Shown in pieces: positions 10,878 to 23,723 of a stretch of DNA of 64,000 nt. The stretch is from assembly GCA_051362555.1 (NCBI GenBank), contig CM120648.1, positions 19,526,587 through 19,590,586 on the forward strand. Reading direction: 5' to 3'. The position numbers were made by a program, and so were the translations under genes. The stretch is from Lingula anatina (Eukaryota; Animalia; Brachiopoda). Under the pieces are notes generated by a model, which ran no database searches, was not told where the DNA came from, and was given only the letters and a program-made list of their open reading frames with translations. The number at the start of each line of letters is the position of its first letter. Positions within the stretch are counted from its first letter, which is position 1.

Positions 10878-12496
10878 GTAAAGTACCAGTAGCATGATGT
10901 GTGCTGTGTTCATTTATAAACTGACATCAGAGAAGACTTACATCTGCTGTGTTATGTTAGAACAATTAAGTAGTTTTTCTTCAATCAACAGCTAATATTT
11001 GGCAGCGAATATTGCCTCATTCCATGATGTAGATACTCTTGAGAGACAGTGAAATATTGGAGGTAATTATTAGCTGCCAGTATTCACTGGTCATTGAAGA
11101 AAAATGTCTTTATTCTTAAACTGACATATTGTTAATGTTGTTTAGTTCAGTCATACCCAGCCAAAGAATTTTAAACCAAGTTCAGAAGAAGGCAGATGAA
11201 GGCGGTTGTTTTGACAGAAGCTTCAAAACCAGAAAGAAAGTGACCAAGTGTATAATAGGCCAATATATCTGCTGCTTCTTTAAAAATATATGTTACATTT
11301 TGTTTACTTATTGATGTCAGGGGCAGATAATAAGGGTTGAAATGTCAAATAATTGACATAAAGTGTGACCTATACCATCCCATCCCCAGGTACTCATAGT
11401 AGTTAAGATGTGAATTATGGTTTTATCCTAGATATTCAATATTAGTACTTGAACCTAACTCACACTGCTTCATTTTGACAGCCTTAAGTCATGCCAAAAA
11501 CTATAAGTATAATAGTATAAATATTTCACAACTGTCACTATGAATGAAAATCATAATATTTAATCAATAACAAAAATAAAAAAATAAGTCTTGAGATTCA
11601 ATTTTTTAAAAAACTTACATAAAAGTGTATCACATTCTATTGAATTACAACTTTATAGGCTAAGAATTGGTTAAATTCCTTCTTGGATCACTATAAGGCT
11701 TTTGCAGTTAATATGGAAGGCTTTATTATATGAAGCAGGGTCTGGCTCTGTAGATATTAATGACAACCTGTTTTATTGCTCTCTGTAGATGTAAAATGAC
11801 ACAGTTGTTATTACACTGGGTCTGGGTCTGTAAATTCCATTGCTGGTCAGTTTTATTTCTTCCAGTAGTCATAAAATAGCACAGATCTCAGTGGCAGATA
11901 TTAAGAGGGGTGTTAGGGGGGTCCTGACCCCTCCCCTCCCCTTCGATTACTGAGAAAAAAATCACACCTATAATTCCTCTTGAAATTATAATTTTGTGTA
12001 GCTTAATCATAGTTTTAAACTATACCAGATGTCACCATTCACCAAATAAAATACCAAAATATCAGCGGGCCCCGAACCCCACGTCAGCAGGGGAAGGGGA
12101 GACTTCAATTCCATGGACCACCCCCTTCAAATAATTCTGGCTCCGCCCTTGGCTCTTATTGCACAGTAATGCACTGCTTGTAGTGCTCTAGATGTGGTTA
12201 GTCTCTTCCTCCATGTAGTGTTGCCATTTTGTATAGCCTGATTAAAGCTCATCTTATATGACAATGGCAATGAACAGTTTCCTAAATTTGAATGATTCTT
12301 GATAAGTTTAGTCTTGTTCTGCTTACTGCTAACATTAGATTGGATTGCTGTCTTAATTTTGGAGAGCACTGTAGATGGTCATGATAGTGTCATTGTTTTG
12401 ACATGGTGTGACATTTGTTTGACAGTGTTGTGACATTGTATTGATGATAGTGTAATGTTGTTTGGGTGTAGTGAGACATCTTTACAATGTTTTTTT

Positions 12497-15400
12497 TTAT
12501 GTACAGACACAGATGTGTCTGTACATATAGCCATCATCTGCGTCTGTCGTCGCGGTCGTCGCCGTCGCTGTGCACTTTTACCGATAACACGATAAGTGGA
12601 AAACCATTTATCATGTATTGTGTAATAAAGTGTCAAAAATGGAAATAAACTCATATCATTGCAGTTTGTCAGATTCAATCATCCACTATGTTCAGAATCT
12701 CAGAATGGAGGAAATTGGACATTTAACACTGTTCTATTGATACTTTTCCCATCTCATCAATTTTCTTAGTTGGTCATATAAAAATGGCAGTAAAATGTTT
12801 ATTTTGTTTTATGTTAAAAAAGTGTTAAAAATGGAAATAAACCCATTTCAGGACAGTGCTGTCTTGTTTACATTTTGGCATTTTCAAGATGTGACTGAAG
12901 TTCCATGGGCCTGAAGACCTTTGCTTGTCATGTTTTCTGAATGTCCATGTTACTAATATTTTATTAATAACATTTGATGGTTATTATGCTGTTAAACATT
13001 ATGTAACGTTGCATCAAAATTTGAAGAAACCCCTATTTAGGGCACTGCTCCTATGATGACCATTTAAGGGAAAACATGTCACTTGCTGTTCTCAAACTTA
13101 CAAGAAAGAAACATGGGTCTAACATACAGCCTCAGTAGGCAATGCATACTGTTTGGTAAATTTCTCTGGCAGTTTTTTGTGAAAATTTAATTTTTCACTT
13201 ATTGGCAATTTCAAGGTGCAACTTAGAACCTCCAAGGGCTTGAAGACCCATACTAGTCACATTTTCTGAAAATCCATGACATGTATATTTTATTATTAAA
13301 AATTGATGGTCATTTTGCTGTTAAGCATTATGTAATGTTGCATCAAAATAGAAGAAAACACAATTTTGGTGCTGCTGCCATGATGACCATTATGGGAAAA
13401 CCGTGTTACTTATGATTGTATATATATATATATATCAAACTCAAAGATTAAAAGTTTGAATAGCAGCTTCTTTGGAATTATATTTACCTCTGCCGAGGAG
13501 GTTATATTTTCACCCCTGTCTGTCTGTCATCAACATAACTCAAAAAGTTATGTACCGATTTTGCTGAAATTTTCAGGAACTGTCAGAAGTGGGCCAAAGA
13601 GGACAATAATAATAATCAACAATTGCTGCCTTGTAGCTTTAAACCTACAGAACTGATAAATATTCATAATATGCAGGTCAAGTTCGAAAATCAGCATGAT
13701 CTGGCCATTTTTTAAAAAATTACTTGTTTTTTCACTTTTTCAGCATATATGCAGCACCGATAACACAATAAGTGGAAAACCATTTTACCCTTTGGCTTGA
13801 AACTTACAGAACTGATGAAAATTCTTAATACGCAGGTCAAGTTCGAAAATCAGAGCTATCGGGTCAATTTTATGGAAGTTATGCTGTTTTTTCATTTTTT
13901 TTCAGCATATATGCAACCCCGATAACATGATAAGTGGAAAACCATTTTACCTTTTGGCTTGAAACTTACAGAACTGATGAATATTCATAATATGCAGGTC
14001 AAGTTCGAAAATCAGCATGATCAGGCCATTTTGAGGGAATTTATGCTGTTTTTTTCCCTTTTTTCAGCATATTTATAACACCGATAACACAATAAGTGAA
14101 AAACCATTTTACCTTTTGGCTTGAAACTTACAGAACTGATAAATATTCATATTATGCAGGTCAAGTTCGAAAATCAGCATGATCGGGCCATTTTTATGAA
14201 AGTTATGCTATTTTTTCATTTTTTTCAGCATATATGCAACACCGATAACACGATAAGTGAAAAACCGTTTTACCTTTTGGTTTGAAACTTACAGAACTGA
14301 TGAATATTCATAAAACGCAGATCAAGTTCGAAAATCGGCGTGATCGGAGCAATTTTATGGAAGTTATGCTGTTTTTTTCAGCATATATGCAATACCTATA
14401 ACACATTTCAAGGAAAATCAATTGGCCAATTGTCTTGAAATTCACAGGGGTGATCAGTCTTACTGAAATACAGATGAAGTTAAAAAATAAGTTCGATCGG
14501 TTCAGTTTTGGTGAAGTTATGCCTTTTTTATGTCGTCGCCGTTGTTGCCGTCGTCGCCGTCGCCGTGCACTTTTACCGATAACACGATAAGTGGAAAACC
14601 ATTTTACCTTTTGACTTGAAACTTGCAGAACTGATGAATATTCATAATACGCAGGTCAAGTTCGAAAATCAGCATGATCGGGTCACTTTTAGGTAATTTA
14701 TGCAGTTTTTTCACTTTTTTCAGCATATATGCAGCACCGATAACACGATAAGTGGAAAACCATTGTACCTTTTGACTTGAAACTTACAGAACTGATGAAT
14801 ATTCATAATATGCAGGTCAAGTTCGAAAATCAGCATGATCTGGCCATTTTTTAAAAAATTACTTGTTTTTTCACTTTTTCAGCATATATGCAGCACCGAT
14901 AACACAATAAGTGGAAAACCATTTTACCCTTTGGCTTGAAACTTACAGAACTGATGAAAATTCTTAATACGCAGGTCAAGTTCGAAAATCAGAGCTATCG
15001 GGTCAATTTTATGGAAGTTATGCTGTTTTTTCATTTTTTTTCAGCATATATGCAACCCCGATAACATGATAAGTGGAAAACCATTTTACCTTTTGGCTTG
15101 AAACTTACAGAACTGATGAATATTCATAATATGCAGGTCAAGTTCGAAAATCAGCATGATCAGGCCATTTTGAGGGAATTTATGCTGTTTTTTTCCCTTT
15201 TTTCAGCATATTTATAACACCGATAACACAATAAGTGAAAAACCATTTTACCTTTTGGCTTGAAACTTACAGAACTGATAAATATTCATATTATGCAGGT
15301 CAAGTTCGAAAATCAGCATGATCGGGCCATTTTTATGAAAGTTATGCTATTTTTTCATTTTTTTCAGCATATATGCAACACCGATAACACGATAAGTGAA

Positions 15401-17182
15401 AAACCGTTTTACCTTTTGGTTTGAAACTTACAGAACTGATGAATATTCATAAAACGCAGATCAAGTTCGAAAATCGGCGTGATCGGAGCAATTTTATGGA
15501 AGTTATGCTGTTTTTTTCAGCATATATGCAATACCTATAACACATTTCAAGGAAAATCAATTGGCCAATTGTCTTGAAATTCACAGGGGTGATCAGTCTT
15601 ACTGAAATACAGATGAAGTTAAAAAATAAGTTCGATCGGTTCAGTTTTGGTGAAGTTATGCCTTTTTTATGTCGTCGCCGTTGTTGCCGTCGTCGCCGTC
15701 GCCGTGCACTTTTACCGATAACACGATAAGTGGAAAACCATTTTACCTTTTGACTTGAAACTTGCAGAACTGATGAATATTCATAATACGCAGGTCAAGT
15801 TCGAAAATCAGCATGATCGGGTCACTTTTAGGTAATTTATGCAGTTTTTTCACTTTTTTCAGCATATATGCAGCACCGATAACACGATAAGTGGAAAACC
15901 ATTGTACCTTTTGACTTGAAACTTACAGAACTGATGAATATTCATAATACGCAGGTCAAGTTCGAAAATCAGCATGATCGAGTCACTTTTAGGGAATTTA
16001 TGCTGTTTTTTCACTTTTTCAGCATATATGCAGCACCGATAACACAGTAAGTGGAAAACCATTTTACCTTTTGGCTTGAAACTTACAGAACTGATGAAAA
16101 TTCTTAATACGCAGGTCAAGTTCGAAAATCAGCATGATCGGGTCACTTTTAGGTAATTTATGCTGTTTTTTCACTTTTTTCAGCATATATGCAGCACCGA
16201 TAACACGATAAGTGGAAAACCATTTTACCTTTTGACTTGAAAATTACAGAACTGATGAATATTCATAATACGCAGGTCAAGTTCGAAAATCAGCATGATT
16301 GGGCTATTTTGAGGGAATTTATGCTGTTTTTTTCACTATTTTCAATATAAATGCAACACTGATAACACAATATAAGGAAAACGGATTGGCCAATTGTAAT
16401 TATACTCACAGGAGTGGTCAATCTTACTAAAACGCAGGTTGAGTTCAAAAATCAGCATAATCGGGCCATTATTTTAGAAGTTATACTGTTTTTTCACATT
16501 TCCTCAGATTCAATTATTAGGCATGTTAACAGTCTCATTATTTAACTAATAAGATGTCTAAAAGTGTTTGTTTGATATTTCCTGCATCTTTACAACATTG
16601 TTAGTTGATTATGTAAAAAACATGGTAAACTTGTTATCATGTATTGTGTAATAAAGTGTCAAAAATGGAAATAAACTCATATCATTGCAGTTTGTCAGAT
16701 TCAATCATCCACTATGTTCAGAATCTCAGAATGGAGGAAATTGGACATTTAACACTGTTCTATTGATACTTTTCCCATCTCATCAATTTTTTTAGTTGGT
16801 CATATAAAAATGGCAGTAAAATGTTTATTTTGTTTTATGTTTAAAAAGTGTTAAAAATGGAAATAAACCCATTTCAGAACAGTGCTGTCTTGTTTACATT
16901 TTGGCATTTTCAAGACGTGACTTTGAAGTTCCATGGGCCTGAAGACCTTTGCTAGTCACATTTTCTGAATATCTGTGATACAAATATTTTATAATTAAAA
17001 ATTGATGGTCATTAAGCTGTTAAACATTATGTAATATTGCATCAAAATTTGAAGAAACCCCTATTTTGGGCACTGCTTCCATGATGACCATTTAAGGAAA
17101 ATCATGTCACTTACTGTTCTCAAACTTACAGGAAAGAAACATGGGACTAAAATACAGCTTCAGTAGGCAATGCAGTCTGTTT

Positions 17183-17233
<51 letters not shown>

Positions 17234-19308
17234 GGCAGTTAAACAGTTTTTTGTGAAAATTTAATTTTTCACATATTGGCATTTTCAAGGTGTGACTTTA
17301 AAGTTCCATGATCTTGAAGACTTTTGCTTGTCACATTTTCTGAATGTCCATGTTACTAATATTATTAATAACATTTGATTGTCATTATGCTGTTAAACAT
17401 TATTTAATGTTGTATCAAAATTTGAAGAAACCCCTATTTTGGGCACTGCTCCTATGATGACCATTTAAGGGAAATCATGTCACTTACTGTTCTCAAACTT
17501 ATAGGAAAGAAACATGGGACTAAAATACAGCTTCAATAGGCAACGCAGTCTGTTTGGTAAATTTTTCTGGCAATTTAACAGTTTTTTTGTGAAAATTTAA
17601 TTTTTCACTTATTTGCATCTTTATTTTCTGTTCTTTGTCTGTACATTTGACAGCTTTGCTGCCTTGTTTGTATATATGTGTTTTTTATTCAGATTTAATT
17701 CTTAGGCATGTTAACAATCTCATTTGTGAATTAATTAAATATGTAAAGGTGTTCCTTTGACATTTTCTACATCTTAATATTGTTAGTTGATTATATAAAA
17801 ATGATGGTAAACCTGTTATTGTGCATTGTGTTATAAAGTGTCAAAAAATGGAAATAATCTTATCTTTACAGTTTGTAAGATTCAATCATTCACCATGTTC
17901 AGAATCTCAGAATGGAGCAAATTGGACATTTAAAATTGTTCTATTGATATTTTTCCTATGTCATCAATTTTTTTAGTTGTTCATTTAAAAATGACAGTAA
18001 ATTGATTATTTTGTTATATGTAAAAAAAGTGTTGAAAGTGGAAAGAAAATCATTTCAGTACAGTCATCTCGTTTACATTTTGGCATTTTGAAGGTGTGAC
18101 TCTGAACTTCCATGGCCTTGAAGACCTTTCCATGTCACATTTTCTGAATATCCATGATACTTTTATTTTATTATTAAAAATTGATGATTATTATGTTATA
18201 TTGGATAAAAGTTGAAGAAAACCCTATTTTGGACATCGCTGCCGGAATGACCATTAAGGAAAAACCATGTTGCTTATGATACTCAAACTTACTGAAAAGT
18301 TTCACTGAAGTGCAGTTTGTGTTGGAAAATCAGTGTGATTGTTTTCTGTTTTGGAAGCAATGCAGCTCTACAGAGTGCTCTATGGGGCTACTGTTTATGG
18401 ATGGTGGTAATTGTCCCTTGGGGTAGTCACAAGCTAAATTCAGAGCTATAAAATTACTTGCCTAATTAATTTCCAAGTGCCCATTAAATAGGATTACATA
18501 AAACACACGTTGAGATTGCCCAGTAAAGCCCCATAGGTAAAGCTCTCTTAACTGTGTCACATAATTAGGAATTGGTGATAATTAATATTATGCAGGTAAA
18601 TATTGTTTAATATTGCAAATAAGTTTACAAAAGAAAAAAAAATTGTGTAACGCCAACATTAATGCTGTATTATCCTCAAACACATTGGGGTTATTCATAT
18701 CATGTTAATACAGCAAGATTAAAAGTTTGAATAGCAGCTTTATTGGAATATTTTTGTTGTGTTTTTTTTTTAATCATTTTTCAAACACTGGCATTTTCAG
18801 CTCCCATCCACCTGAAGCTCTTCACATTTTCTGTATTTCCACATAAGCAGTTGCATTGGTTTTTATGTCTTTAAACATTATGTAATATTATTTTATGCAC
18901 TGTTATCTTTTTTCGGATATTGGGATTTTCATTATGTGAATTTGAACTCTCATGGTCCTGAAACTGTAATCTTATTACAGGGGCGGATTGAGGCCGTCTT
19001 CTGGGTCTTTCAGAAGACGGTCAGATTTTAAAGTTCACAATGATGGGTATCTGTTTTTTCTGTTGGAAAACCATTAAAAATGGGGGATGGATCAACAAAG
19101 ATGATTTGGAATACTGTCAGAAAATACCTCTGGATCTGCTCCTGTTATTGACCATGTTACCAGTTGTGCATGATTAAAATTCAGTGTTGATTGACAGTGC
19201 TATTATAGGCATTATTTATTATTGCATCAAAATTGACAAAATGACCCATTTTCTGCATTTATATTTTCTGTTTTTGTCTGTACATTTGACAGCTTTGCTG
19301 CCTTGTTT
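12497..19308 (+). mobile_element. Composite Helentron-associated (HINE/DINE-like) non-autonomous element
   Basis: 5' ATGTACAGACAC-AGAT-GTGTCTGTACAT hairpin, GTC/GCC microsatellite and ~168-bp internal tandem repeats. The 3' module TGTCTGTACAT-TTGACAGCTTTGCTGCCTTGTTT occurs at ~17669 and again at ~19308. Inserted at a T-run inside a GTGTGACATTGTTTTGA minisatellite seen on both flanks. Confidence 0.8.
13620..16490. repeat. ~168-bp tandem array with a 1139-bp higher-order duplication
   Basis: GCAGGTCAAGTTCGAAAATCAGCATGATC recurs; diagnostic variants repeat at offset 1139 (14531 vs 15670; 13741 vs 14880). Confidence 0.9.
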
Positions 19309-19558
19309 AAAAACATGGTGTGACATTGTTTTGACAGTGGTGTGGTATATTTGGACCTAGTGTGACATTGTTTTGATGTTAGTGTGATGTTGTTTTGATG
19401 TTAGTGTGACATTGTTTTGATGTTAGTGTGATGTTGTTTGGATGTTTTGACATTTTTACAGTTTTTTTTTCTCGGACATGGTGTGACATTTTTTGACAGT
19501 GGTGTAATATTTTTGACAGTAGTGTGACATTGTTTTGACACTGATGTTTATTCTGTAG

Positions 19559-19663
19559 CAAAGACAGTGGGAGGAAGAGCAGTTGAAATGTCAGGTGAAG
19601 TTTGAAGAGGCTCAGATAGACCCTGCCCCCTTCCAGCTAGTGGAGAGGACTTCCTTACAGAAA
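19559..19663 (+). CDS. CLCN2: ClC-2 exon ([35 protein letters not shown]), start of CBS2
   Basis: [14 protein letters not shown] matches the ClC-2 CBS2 start. TAG acceptor and GTAAGA donor. Confidence 0.95.
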
Positions 19664-19998
19664 GTAAGATGTAAAAAAAAACAGAACATTTAGAAAATGC
19701 ATGGCTGGTTTTCAAGAATGTTCATTTTATCCGCATCTCTGTCTTTTACATAAATAAAACTTTCCAAAATTCAATAATGACTGGGGAATTGAAAAAAGAG
19801 AGGATCATTTAATCAAAATAAAATTTAGCATCAATGCAGAGGAATCTGTCGAAGTGTTTCAGCTTATTCTTGGAAGAAATGGATCCATCATAATGGCATG
19901 GGAGAACTGAATTGTACATGCATTCTTTACAGTACCTAAGTAGTTAAGACTTCACCGTTTCACTTCTTTCTCACTATGTGGTTGTGGCTATGTTTCAG

Positions 19999-20085
19999 GT
20001 TCACTCTCTGTTCTCACTGCTAGGCCTGAACCATGCCTATGTCACCAATACAGGGAGATTGGTAGGAGTGGTTGCACTTAAAGAG
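19999..20085 (+). CDS. CLCN2: ClC-2 CBS2 exon (VHSLFSLLGLNHAYVTNTGRLVGVVALKE)
   Basis: Conserved HSLFSLLGLxHAYVTxxGRLVGVV. CAG acceptor and GTAAAC donor. Confidence 0.95.
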
Positions 20086-20243
20086 GTAAACACACATCAA
20101 CATGTTACTATCATAACTATATAACACTGTAAACTTGAACCATGCCTATGTCACCAATACAGGGAGGTTGGTAGGAGTGGTTGCACTTAAAGAGGTAAAC
20201 ACACATCAACATGTTACTATCATAACTATTTAACACTGTAAAC
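20027..20243 (+). repeat. 109-bp duplication spanning the CBS2 exon end and donor
   Basis: TGAACCATGCCTATG... at 20027 and 20136. Confidence 0.9.
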
Positions 20244-20452
20244 ATCAGAATTGCTGCTATTTGGCACTAGAAAAGTAAATGCTTAATGTGTTTAAAAGTT
20301 GTTACAGTATTACTCAGCCTTTGTTAAATCTTGTGTGACCCAAGTCTTGTGTAAGGTGTTACACTCTCAAAGTATAGGTCAGAGAATGATGGAACAAGTT
20401 TAACAAATCACAGCATGGGGTAATGCAATCAGCCTGCATTTTGTGCTTGCAG

Positions 20453-20572
20453 GTGAGGAGGGCCATTGAGGGCCAGGTAGAAGAAGACCATGAACTGATG
20501 CGGACACACAAGCATGGCAATACTGTGGAACTGGAGATGGAAGTGCGGGAACGGTCGGATAGTGAGGCTTGA
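20453..20572 (+). CDS. CLCN2: ClC-2 terminal coding exon (VRRAIEGQVEEDHELM...SDSEA*)
   Basis: CAG acceptor; KE-VRRAIEG matches ClC-2 KELRKAIEG; TGA at 20570-20572. Confidence 0.9.
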   Translation: MRRAIEGQVEEDHELMRTHKHGNTVELEMEVRERSDSEA

Positions 20573-20861
20573 ACTACATCAACTCATCAGATAGTGAGGC
20601 GTAAATAATAATTGCTCATGGTCAGTTTGGAACAGAAAGGAAAGTAAAGCACATGGAAACTGAAATATTTTATCAGGACATGAAATATGCCAGAAGACAG
20701 TGAAGAGAACATTACTAGGAGCTGTGTACCAGTAGAGAGAGAGGAGAGTATGAACTCTTAACATTGGTGCTGTGGTCAGAATACTTGGTGTTTACCATGT
20801 ACCCCCCTCTCACTGCTGACATACTGCATTTAGAGAGTTATCAAAATAAAGAACAAAGAGA

Positions 20862-21146
20862 TATGGCATGTCATGATAGTCCATGACTTGACAGTCAGTG
20901 TCATGGTAACCATTGCCATGACAATATGCCATGACAGTCCATGACCTGACATTCAGTACCATGGTAACCATTGCCGTGACAATATGGCATGACAGTCCAT
21001 GGCCAGACATTCAGTATCATGGTAACCGTTGCCATGACAACATGGCATGACAGTCCATGACCTGACATTCAGTACCATGGTAACTGTTGCCATGACAACA
21101 TGCCATGACAGACCATGTCGTCATATACAGTGACATGGTAACCATT
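20862..21146. repeat. ~59-bp tandem repeat in the putative ClC-2 3' UTR
   Basis: CATGACAGTCCATGACCTGACATTCAGTACCATGGTAACCATTGCCATGACAA, ~5 copies. Confidence 0.8.
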
Positions 21147-21289
21147 GTTTCAGTTCATAATAATGCCAATATCATTTTATCCATGTTAAATTTATTTGGG
21201 TGCTTAAGTAAATAAATACATTGTAACTACTGGTGTATGGGGGTGGGGGGGTTCATGCCAAGGCAGTCCTTTTGTACCCAGAGTTTAAG

Positions 21290-21450
21290 AGTTTACTGTA
21301 GACTGACCTGTGTAATCATCATGTCTTCCAGAAAGGGAGGGGAGACATGATGATAATACAGCTTACTGGCAGTTTACTGTAGACTGACCTGTGTAATCAT
21401 AATGTCTTCCAGAAAGGGAGGGGAGACATGATGATAATACAGCTTACTGG
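21290..21450. repeat. 81-bp duplication
   Basis: GTTTACTGTAGACTGACCTGTG... occurs twice. Confidence 0.8.
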
Positions 21451-21771
21451 TAGTCTACTGGAAACTCCAAAACTCTGGATGCCATTTTAGTCATATATTT
21501 GTATATATATATTAACATTACCATATTTTTTATATCTCTTTTTGTACAGACTGCATTATGATTTAAATTAGCTTTTTGAATGGTCAAATGATCCCTTGTT
21601 TTCCTTGTTCTGTTTATTTCAGTCATTGGCATATTATCATTATTCATAAATTTCAATTATCACAAAACAGATACAACTGTAACAGTGAATTTCCCTCTGG
21701 GGTTTAACTGTTGTTTATATTTAACAAAAAGAAACAGCACTATGCTGTCAAGTGCAAGGAGCCAAGTTGTT

Positions 21772-22013
21772 TTAAAATAGGTTGTTCTATTAAAATAGAC
21801 AGAACTGTTTTTATACGCTGTGGTGTACAGTGTTTGTCCACATAAATAGAATTAAAATAGGTTGTTCTATTAAAATAGACAGAACTATTCTTATACACTG
21901 TGGTGCACAGTGTTTGTCCACATAAATAGAATTAAAATAGGTTGTTCTATTAAAATAGACAGAACTGTTTTTATACGCTGTGGTGTACAGTGTTTGTCCA
22001 CATAAATAGAATT
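21772..22013. repeat. 80-bp tandem repeat x3
   Basis: TAAAATAGGTTGTTCTATTAAAATAGACAG at 21773, 21853, 21933. Confidence 0.85.
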
Positions 22014-22868
22014 CCTCTCTCTTCTTTAGAATGTCAATTTAATACTTTTGATTTACTGAACAGCTGTGGCCAACAAACATATTATCTCTATCTTATCAAG
22101 TATAAGGGTGTGTGTATGTGTGTGATCATTTGTGGGTGTGTAACAGTATAAGAAACGTTGAGCAGCATAAGATTTCTTAAAACTACAAAGCATCTCTGTG
22201 CGTCTTGATAGCCTTATGTATAAAGTTGGAGCCATGATATGTAAAAAACGAAGTCATCTTTTTCAGATATTCTAGTCTTACATACAGTATGTAGTATTGG
22301 GCCAGAATATCACTTGGTTGTTGCGGGATTTTGTACTTTTTATTATTCAGTCAGAAAAATTTCATTAGCATGGTGGGCCTCATATAATATGCTTACAAAC
22401 TTGAGCATTGGTTGATCAAACATTTATATTGTGTATGCATCAATTATGTGCATATGTTATTGTTTATACAGAATGAAGTTAATCCAAGCCTGATATGCGT
22501 ATATATTAGTGTTATGCAAGGTGTATTTAATAATAACGAACAGCAGTATTAACTACAGACTTCAGTGCAGTGATTTAGCTGGCATCATACCAGGAAGTTT
22601 ATCAACAATTCTGTCTTCTCTGTACTGCTGAGATTTGAGACACAACTGTTGACCTTTGCAATTAATGAAAAATAAATATATTTTTCTTGAAATACAAGCT
22701 ATTGTCTGTCTTGATTGACAGTAGACAAAGTTGTACATATATTCTGTAAAGAAGTTGGATGAAAATGACCACTACTGGTAAGATCCTAAAAACATTACTT
22801 TCCATTTGCAATTGAAAAACGATTCCGTATAAACTTTTGTAGTTCTAAGGTATAAGCTAGGGTGATAT

Positions 22869-23101
22869 TTACAAGACTGAAAAGCTTTTAAGCATCATTT
22901 TATCAGCAAAATTTGGAAACAGTAACCTTAAAGATATGAATACTTTGGATGGTATATCTGTGCTAGTGTATACTTCATATTGCCTAGTAACAGTTGCCTT
23001 GGTGATCTCCAAGGCAACAAGTTCTGGTTGTACTGGCTGAATGGTGTTGTGCCAGTCACTGCCAAACATGCCTATGAATGATTTCACCGCTCTCTCCGTC
23101 C
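22869..23101 (-). CDS. SDR (HSD11B1L-like) exon 6, terminal (TERAVKSFIGMFG...ALEITKATVTRQYEVY...FSVL*)
   Basis: TTTTCAG acceptor, phase 1 matches exon 5, ends TAA. SDR C-terminal helix pattern. Confidence 0.85.
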
Positions 23102-23723
23102 CTGAAAAGATAAGATCGGATTTATGAAACGTAGGTAGAAAGACCAAGGAAATATTTAGTTGTAACTACTTATTATTTTGAAATAAAAAATAATGGATAA
23201 AAGTTGGAAATTAGGATTACTGGAAGAGGGCACTGAATAGGTGAAAATACAACCTCTTTCATCTCAAATTCACATGATAGACGTAATTATAAAGGCCGGT
23301 ACATATGAACCAAGCATCGGTGGAGTGTGGATTCCCAGTAACACATGTAAACTACTAGTTTCTTATACGGCTCAAAAAAAAAATCAACAAGTCAAGGGAT
23401 AAACTGAATAAATCACTCGTTCTGCCATAAAACAGCTTTAGACTGCTCCTTTCTTTAAATTTTTGGTCAGAAATTTTACCTACTTTCGTGACCTATTTTT
23501 CTGCCCCATTGATATACAGCATACAACTCTTGCAGAAAATCCATTCAAATATCATTTTTCGGGTAAAACTAAAAAGTGCCTTTTGGTTTTTCTCTTAGTT
23601 ATACTACTAAAAACTATATGCTGGCATTTGGTTAGCTTTTATGGCAAAATGTGCCAGAATTTAAGACTAAAAGACTTCTTCACTCCTTCATTCCATATGC
23701 ACCTTTCAATCGTGGAACGTAAC

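Noticed and set aside
11889-12151. hAT-like MITE with CAGTGGC...GCCCTTG ends (similar at 18978-19144)
   Set aside because: No convincing TSD and termini too degenerate to call.
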